Both the position numbers and the translations under genes were made by a program. Positions 26,588-32,000 of a stretch of 32,000 nt of DNA are shown here, in pieces (the first letter of the stretch is position 1; each line of letters opens with the position of its first letter). The notes under the pieces are model-generated. The model was not told where the DNA came from. It searched no databases and saw only the letters and a program-made list of their open reading frames with translations. Location of the stretch: positions 7,214 to 39,213 of the forward strand of contig JAIOAS010000010.1 of assembly GCA_019873725.1 (NCBI GenBank), read 5' to 3'. The stretch comes from Chloroflexota bacterium. Lineage in GTDB: Bacteria; Chloroflexota; Anaerolineae; B4-G1; SLSP01.

Positions 26588-26956
26588 ATGACAACTTGTA
26601 ATGAAGCAACAGGCGCAACCGGTACGCGAACCGGGTTTGTGGCGCAGAGCAAGCGCAACACGTTGGCGTTCAACGCGGACGCCTGCATCAACTGCGGGAT
26701 GTGCAGTGCGGTGTGCCCGCAGGGTGTGTTCGCGCCGGGCGTGCGGGGAGCGCGGCGGGTGCAGATCGTGCGGGCAGATGCCTGCATGGAGTGCGGCGCG
26801 TGTATGCGCAACTGCCCCACCGGCGCGCTATTCGTGGACAGCGGTGTGGGTTGCGCCGCCGCGATGATCACAGAGGCGTTGCGTGGTCTGAAAAAACCCA
26901 CGTGTGGCGCGCCAGAGCCAACTTGTTGTGGCCCTGAGGCGGCCTGCTGTGGCTGA
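26588..26956 (+). CDS. hgcB: HgcB-type 2[4Fe-4S] ferredoxin of mercury methylation
   Basis: CINCGMCSAVCP and CMECGACMRNCP clusters, conserved SGVGCAAAMI, and C-terminal Cys-rich tail (PTCGAPEPTCCGPEAACCG); GAGGAGC RBS; adjacent to hgcA. Confidence 0.93.
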   Translation: MTTCNEATGATGTRTGFVAQSKRNTLAFNADACINCGMCSAVCPQGVFAPGVRGARRVQIVRADACMECGACMRNCPTGALFVDSGVGCAAAMITEALRGLKKPTCGAPEPTCCGPEAACCG

Positions 26957-27514
26957 TTACAAGGAACCGGCGCCGTCTTCCTCGACAGCCTCACGCTGCG
27001 GGCGCAGTGTCAACGACGGGAAATGTACAGCTAACTTCCGCAAACTCTCCGGCGAACCGTCCACCGGTTCATCGGACCAGCGGGCGAACATCCGCAACGC
27101 GCGCGGGTTGATCTGGATGACCTCCGCCAGCATCTCCGCCACGCCCGCGCGGGAAACCGGATGCGCGACCGCGTGGAACGCGCGGCGTCCCACCTGGACG
27201 TACACCTGTGGATTGGCGCGCGCGTTGCGGTACCAGTCCGTCTTGCCGCCCCACCCCGCCATCACCGTGTAGGCGTCGGTGGTGGGATCGTAGCTATACT
27301 CCAGCGGCGTGATCCGGTGTTTACCCGTCTTTCTGCCGGTCGTGTGCAATAGCAACACCCGCTTGCCGATCAGCCATCCTAGACCGAGTTTGTAAAGCCA
27401 GATCGGCTGCTTGAAAATCACGCGCCAGACCGGCCCCGGCCTGTTCCGGGGCACAAGATGCGTCATCACCACACGCTCAATCGCCAGGTAAATCCGTTGG
27501 AACAGGCTCATCAT
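26957..27514 (-). CDS. Nitroreductase/F420 (deazaflavin)-dependent oxidoreductase family protein
   Basis: GKRVLLLHTTGRKTGKHRITPLEY...AYTVMAGWGGKTDWYRNARANPQVYVQVGRRAFHAVA is the DDN-like family pattern. Confidence 0.88.
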   Translation of the reverse strand: MMSLFQRIYLAIERVVMTHLVPRNRPGPVWRVIFKQPIWLYKLGLGWLIGKRVLLLHTTGRKTGKHRITPLEYSYDPTTDAYTVMAGWGGKTDWYRNARANPQVYVQVGRRAFHAVAHPVSRAGVAEMLAEVIQINPRALRMFARWSDEPVDGSPESLRKLAVHFPSLTLRPQREAVEEDGAGSL

Positions 27515-27653
27515 CCCCTCTCCTGGTCAACGGATTAAAAAAGATAAAAATCCGTTAAAATCCGTTCAATCCGTTGGAACAGGCTCATCATTCCCTCTCC
27601 TGGTCAACGGATTAAAAAAGATAAAAATCCGTTAAAATCCGTTCAATCCGTTG
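27491..27653. repeat. Tandem duplication, period 77 bp (two full copies plus 9 nt)
   Basis: aatccgttggaacaggctcatcat... starts at 27491 and 27568 and restarts at 27645; copies are near identical. Copy 1 contains the start codons of the 26957-27514 gene. Confidence 0.9.
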
Positions 27654-27658
27654 ACAGC

Positions 27659-29068
27659 CTATCCCCGCAAATGCACCGGATACCGGCTGCGCACCCTTCC
27701 CTCCCCACGCTTGGCCCAGCCGACGGGAAAGCCATCCACGGCGATGAGGACGTACCCCGCCGGGCCGCGATCCGGCCAGAAGCCGCCCCGCAGGTAGTTC
27801 GACAGTCGGGGATCGTCCTGCGCCAGATCGACAACGTCGCGGGCATCCTCCGGGCGCAGTGCCAGCGCCAGCGCGTGATCAGGCCAGACTTTGTTGTGGC
27901 GCAGCGAAGCCACCCACCAGCCAGGGCGCAACACGTGCAAGCCCTCCCAGAGCTTGGGGTCCATCGGGGTCACGTAGAGGTCATCGGTTTTGGTGAGCAG
28001 CAAGCCTTTGTCGGAAAGCGGCGCAATCAACGCTTCACCGACGGTCTTCTGGTAGAGATTCCAGATACGACCGGGGATGGCGCTGCCCGTCCAACGCTCC
28101 GGCAGGTCATTGGGCGGCTCGCCCTGCCGGCGCAGCAGCGCGTAGAAATGGCCGTGTCCCGGCCCGGTATGCGGCCAGAAGCGTCCGGCGCGTCGCAACG
28201 TCTCCGGCGCGTTCACCCATTCGGGACGGCCCGGATGCAGGCCCGGCACTTGCGGCAAGTCCACAATCTCGAAATCGGGATGCGCTGCCAGGAACGCAGC
28301 GATGACGGCCTCGTTCTCTTCGGGAGCGAAGGTGCACGTCCCATAAAGCAAGCGCCCACCCCGCCGCACCAACGGCGCGGTCTGATCGAGGATGGTTTTC
28401 TGGCGGCGCGAATTGCCAAACACTGTATCCAGGCTCCAGTCGCGGATCGCCTGCGAATCGCGGGAGAACGTGCCCTCGCCGGAGCACGGCGCATCCACCA
28501 GCACCGCATCGAACAGGCCGGGCCAACGGGCTGCCAGGCGTTCCGGCGTCTCATTGACGACCAGCGTGTTGGTGACGCCCAGGCGTTCGACGTTCATCGC
28601 CAGCACGGAGGCACGGCGACGGACGACCTCGTTGGCGACGAGCACGCCCCTGGGAGCGCCACGCTCTGGCATGGCCGTCATCATCCGGGCTGCGATGTGG
28701 GTAGCCTTGCCGCCGGGTGCCGCAGCGAGATCGAGCACCCATTCATCAGGCTGCGGGTTGAGTAGCACCGCCGCCGCCATCGCGCTGGGGTCTTGCATGT
28801 AATAAACACCGAGCGTGTGGTAGAGATGCGACCCGGCCTGTGCCTCTTCTTGGAGCCACAGCCCCTCCGGGCACCAGGGGATTGGCTGTGCCTCCCAGGG
28901 GATGCGCGCGCGCAGATCGTCCAGCGCGCCGCGCACGGGATTGAGGCGCAGTCCTACGTCGCGCTTCGCCAGCGCGGCAAAGAAGGCGTCCGCCTCATCA
29001 TCGAGCCAGCCTCGCATGCGCTTGACAAAATCAGGGGGCCAGGTATCCGGTAAAGTTGTTGTCATCAT
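27659..29068 (-). CDS. rsmF: RsmF-like NOL1/NOP2/Sun family rRNA m5C methyltransferase
   Basis: GVYYMQDPSAMAAAVLLNPQPDEWVLDLAAAPGGKATHIAARM; FDAVLVDAPCSGEGTFSRD; ILDQTAPLVRRGGRLLYGTCTFAPEENE; C-terminal RsmF-like extension. Confidence 0.9.
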   Translation of the reverse strand: MMTTTLPDTWPPDFVKRMRGWLDDEADAFFAALAKRDVGLRLNPVRGALDDLRARIPWEAQPIPWCPEGLWLQEEAQAGSHLYHTLGVYYMQDPSAMAAAVLLNPQPDEWVLDLAAAPGGKATHIAARMMTAMPERGAPRGVLVANEVVRRRASVLAMNVERLGVTNTLVVNETPERLAARWPGLFDAVLVDAPCSGEGTFSRDSQAIRDWSLDTVFGNSRRQKTILDQTAPLVRRGGRLLYGTCTFAPEENEAVIAAFLAAHPDFEIVDLPQVPGLHPGRPEWVNAPETLRRAGRFWPHTGPGHGHFYALLRRQGEPPNDLPERWTGSAIPGRIWNLYQKTVGEALIAPLSDKGLLLTKTDDLYVTPMDPKLWEGLHVLRPGWWVASLRHNKVWPDHALALALRPEDARDVVDLAQDDPRLSNYLRGGFWPDRGPAGYVLIAVDGFPVGWAKRGEGRVRSRYPVHLRG

Positions 29069-29112
29069 TCACGCTCTCTATCCGCTGCCACCTTAATAGG
29101 ATACGAACAAGT

Positions 29113-29206
29113 CTCAGTAGATCCCAAAATGCTCCAAGGGGATCGTCAGATCCCCGTTCTGGTCTGGATCTGGCGATCCAGACCAAGCTAAATTGGATCT
29201 ACTGAG
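29113..29206. repeat. 94-bp nested inverted-repeat element (three-stem) overlapping the vapC-like 3' end
   Basis: Outer arms ctcagtagatcc (29113-29124) / ggatctactgag (29195-29206). Internal hairpins ggggatc-gtca-gatcccc (29138-29155) and ggtctggatc-tggc-gatccagacc (29161-29184). Confidence 0.85.
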
Positions 29207-29592
29207 TCTGGCATCTCGTGGTACCGCCTCAACTCTGGCATAGGGAAATGGCATGGGTTGTACGTCAATAAAGTCAAATCATAATGACGTGCAGCCGCAG
29301 CAATGAGCGCATCGGCGATGTCCAGGGTCACGCCCTGTTGACGATAACGTCGCAGCCATTCACCGGCCAGATCGGCGACGGCCCTGTCCACAGGATAACA
29401 GGCCAGCGCGTTGAGAAAGCGCAGCGTAGCCTCACGTTCGCGCTCGCGCATTCCGGCCAAAACCTCCGTGCGCGAAATAGCGACAATGCCCAACTGCCCC
29501 TCCAGGGCCAGGCGCGTCAGCAAGGCCGTAGTAGGCTGATGGCCGCGCAGGTGTTGAATGAGGACGTTGGAGTCCAGCAGGTAATCAGCCAT
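29188..29592 (-). CDS. vapC: PIN-domain (VapC-family) toxin
   Basis: MADYLLDSNVLIQHLRG; ISRTEVLAGM; LDIADALIAAAARHYDLTLLTYNPCHFP. Confidence 0.9.
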   Translation of the reverse strand: MADYLLDSNVLIQHLRGHQPTTALLTRLALEGQLGIVAISRTEVLAGMREREREATLRFLNALACYPVDRAVADLAGEWLRRYRQQGVTLDIADALIAAAARHYDLTLLTYNPCHFPMPELRRYHEMPDSVDPI

Positions 29593-29595
29593 CGC

Positions 29596-29880
29596 CTACT
29601 CCGTAAAGAGAGGGACGCGCCGCCAGGTCGAACGTAACTGTTCCAACCAGCCGTTCACATCCTCAGGCGTGATCAAATCGGGATGCTCGGCAGATTCCCA
29701 GGCGCCGGCGGTCTCGCGCAATGCGGCCAGGACTTTGAGACGCGCCAGGTACGATGCCGTAGCTTCAACAACGACTTCACTGCGTTTGCCGGAAGGAACC
29801 AGTGCGTCCAACTCCGCGAGCAATTGGCGGGGAAAAATCACGTTGATACGGCGTACATCTTCGCCCATCTTTTTGTCCAC
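29596..29880 (-). CDS. Ribbon-helix-helix (CopG-like) antitoxin
   Basis: RRINVIFPRQLLAELDALVPSGKRSEVVVEATASYL is an RHH pattern; located 3 nt upstream of the PIN toxin gene. Confidence 0.82.
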   Translation of the reverse strand: MDKKMGEDVRRINVIFPRQLLAELDALVPSGKRSEVVVEATASYLARLKVLAALRETAGAWESAEHPDLITPEDVNGWLEQLRSTWRRVPLFTE

Positions 29881-29980
29881 CTCATTTGTATGGATGTATT
29901 ACCTGTATTATACACCACATCCACGGTGAAGAGAAGTGCGAAATCTCAAGCGCCAGATTCAGTGAAGCAAACACGCACGA

Positions 29981-31138
29981 TTATGGGTGGCGTTGTGCCG
30001 CCACAATCGCCCGGATGGCGTCGGCTTGCGCCTCAATGCTCTCGGTCAGGCGGAACTGCACCAACGCGCGGCGCAGGTTGTGCTCGGCGTCTTTCGTCTT
30101 GAAGTAGACATTGCCCTCCAGGTAATCGGTGAAGAAGCGCAAGCCCAGCTCGAACGCGATCAACCGCACTGCATCGTAGATGTAATCGTAGTCCTTGCCG
30201 GTCATGAAATGCCGCGCCTCGCCCAGATACCCTTCCAGAATGGCCTGGCACAGGTCGGTTTCAAACCGTACCGCGTCGAACGCCTCGGTTTCCTCCCCCA
30301 GGGGATTACAACACGAGCGCAAACAATCGCCGATGTCGTAATGCACCAGTCCCGGTTTGAGCGTGTCCAGATCGATCACGCTGACCGCCTGTCCGGTGAC
30401 ATCATCGATCATGATGTTGTTGACCTTAGGATCGCCGTGAATGGGACGCAATGTCAGTTCACCACGCTGCACCGCGTCTTCTAACACAGAAGCCCAGGCC
30501 CGGCGCGCGGCGACGAAATCATGCGCGTACTTCACCTCGGCTGAGGAGTGGCGCCGGCTGTCTACGGCTGCCGGAAACGCAGCCGCCATCACGGCATCGT
30601 AGTGGGCAAGATAACGCGGGGTGACGTGGAACCCTTCAAGGGTATCATAGAGACTTTCCACCGGCAAATCACTGATCAGGCTATGGAACCGGCCAAGCGC
30701 ATAGCCGATTTCCCCGGCATGATGGCGGTCCCGAATCGTATCATACGTCTGCGCACCCTGCACAAACGTGGTCATCCGCCAGAAGTTATTTTCGGGATCG
30801 CGCCAATAATCCGCACCGTTTTTAGCACGGATAATGTCGGGCGTTTCCCAACGGCGTCCCGGCGTAGCCGAGGATGCTGCATGAGTCGCCCCGACATGCT
30901 CCATAAACGCACGCATGTTCAGGATAATCAGCTCCGGACGGCGGAACACTTGCTGATTGACCTTTTGGAGAATGGCCTTTTCGCGTGGATCGGATGCCAG
31001 CGTGACCAGAAATGTGTCGTTCACATTGCCGGAGCCATAACGCTCAACGGCCACCACCTCACCCACAAAAGCGAATTGTGCGGCAACCGACCGTAAAGCC
31101 ATAGATACATCCAACGAGTTTGCGTGCACTTGCCCCAA
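29981..31138 (-). CDS. Aminoglycoside-phosphotransferase-family kinase (N-acetylhexosamine kinase-like)
   Basis: ERYGSGNVNDTFLVTL...ILQKVNQQVF; LRPIHGDPKVNNIMID...AVSVIDLDTLKPGLVHYDIGDCLRSCCN (Brenner-type catalytic motifs). Confidence 0.85.
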   Translation of the reverse strand: MGQVHANSLDVSMALRSVAAQFAFVGEVVAVERYGSGNVNDTFLVTLASDPREKAILQKVNQQVFRRPELIILNMRAFMEHVGATHAASSATPGRRWETPDIIRAKNGADYWRDPENNFWRMTTFVQGAQTYDTIRDRHHAGEIGYALGRFHSLISDLPVESLYDTLEGFHVTPRYLAHYDAVMAAAFPAAVDSRRHSSAEVKYAHDFVAARRAWASVLEDAVQRGELTLRPIHGDPKVNNIMIDDVTGQAVSVIDLDTLKPGLVHYDIGDCLRSCCNPLGEETEAFDAVRFETDLCQAILEGYLGEARHFMTGKDYDYIYDAVRLIAFELGLRFFTDYLEGNVYFKTKDAEHNLRRALVQFRLTESIEAQADAIRAIVAAQRHP

Positions 31139-31340
31139 CGTTGATCTCCTTCTGCCGCCAGGATACCGGCAACAAAACAGGGGAAGGCGCGCCCAGACAC
31201 ACCTTCCCCTTACTCGTTTGGGGGGCGGTCAGAGACCAGCCCCAGCGTGCTCCGGCAAATCTCTGGCGCGCCGGTCCTGGATTTTCAATGTATATGAAAC
31301 ACACCCATAGCCAGAGACAGCGTAGCCACGGAAGGCAAAG

Positions 31341-32000
31341 CTACTGTTTCTCGTAAGGTTCGCCGTCGGCGGCAGGTGGAACGGCCCGGCCCACCACCCC
31401 GGCCAGCACAATCATCGTCACCAGGTATGGCGCCATCAACAGGAACTGCGAAGGGATCGGCACGCGCAGGATCGCCAGGTTGGTGCGCAACGAGTCCGCA
31501 AAACCGAAGATCAGCGAAGCCCCCAGAGAACCAATCGGACTCCACTTGCCGAAAATCATGGCTGCCAGGCCGATGAAACCACGTCCGGCGGTCATATTCT
31601 CATCGAAACGCGCTACCGAACTCAGTACCAGATACGCCCCACCCAATCCGGCGACCATTCCCCCAAGAATCACGTTGATGTAGCGCGTCTTGAGCACGTT
31701 CACGCCCAGCGTATCGGCGGCCTTGGGGTGCTCGCCTACAGCGCGCGTGCGCAGCCCCCAGCGCGTATAGAACAGCATGACGTGAATCACAAACACCAGG
31801 ATCAACATCAGATAGACCGGCACCGTATTTGTGAAAAGCACCGGCCCGACGATAGGGATACGCGACAGAACCGGCAACGGAACCGGACCGAACGTGAGCG
31901 GACGGTTGAGTTCAGGGATAGATTGCAGATAGCGCGAGCCAAAGTAGCTGGTCAATCCCGTCGACAGGATGTTGATGGCCGTACCGGCGATGATCTGGTT
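31341..32000 (-). CDS. ABC transporter permease, nucleoside/BmpA-associated type (partial, continues beyond window)
   Basis: NQIIAGTAINILSTGLTSYFGSRYLQ...YTRWGLRTRAVGEHPKAADTLGVNVLKTRYINVILGGMVAGLGGAYL...FIGLAAMIFGKWSPIGSLGASLIFGFAD. Frame open to the window end; the ORF-track start at 31955 is an internal TTG. Confidence 0.9.
   Translation of the reverse strand, partial: NQIIAGTAINILSTGLTSYFGSRYLQSIPELNRPLTFGPVPLPVLSRIPIVGPVLFTNTVPVYLMLILVFVIHVMLFYTRWGLRTRAVGEHPKAADTLGVNVLKTRYINVILGGMVAGLGGAYLVLSSVARFDENMTAGRGFIGLAAMIFGKWSPIGSLGASLIFGFADSLRTNLAILRVPIPSQFLLMAPYLVTMIVLAGVVGRAVPPAADGEPYEKQ

Noticed and set aside
29113-29206. Possible tRNA gene because of the three-stem fold
   Set aside because: Arm lengths, 4-nt loops and absence of T-loop/anticodon signatures do not fit a tRNA.

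Overview
This looks like a GC-rich bacterial chromosomal segment, possibly Chloroflexota/Anaerolineae-like (an inference from protein style only). I read three zones. (1) 1-13.5 kb, minus strand: an accessory, defence-like block. It holds a TrlF-like PHP+ATPase protein (partial), a DUF1156-type adenine DNA methyltransferase, a DUF5678-like/retropepsin-like gene pair, a secreted CAP-domain protein, an ASCH-domain protein, a DUF499-type AAA ATPase and a SEC-C protein. DUF499, ASCH and CAP look translationally linked. (2) 13.7-27 kb, plus strand: a P-type cation ATPase, a MarR/GbsR-like regulator, a membrane-anchored SAM methyltransferase, three intact COG3315/LCM-family methyltransferases plus one internally deleted remnant, two PEP-synthase/rifampicin-phosphotransferase-like proteins (one without the ATP-grasp domain), a Cys-rich ArsR regulator with a promoter and palindromic operator candidate, and then a clear hgcA-hgcB mercury-methylation pair (NVWCAAGK cap-helix motif; two CxxCxxCxxxCP clusters plus a Cys tail). 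(3) 27-32 kb, minus strand: an F420/deazaflavin-type nitroreductase, an RsmF-like rRNA methyltransferase, a VapC/RHH toxin-antitoxin pair, an aminoglycoside-phosphotransferase-family kinase and a partial ABC permease. Several families of short repeats are scattered through the window. Some are inserted in frame inside genes (DUF1156 methylase, ASCH protein, PEP-synthase-like protein) and some supply gene ends. The most notable content is the ArsR-hgcAB locus with its unusual methyltransferase/PEP-synthase neighbourhood, followed by the DUF499/DUF1156/ASCH/TrlF island.
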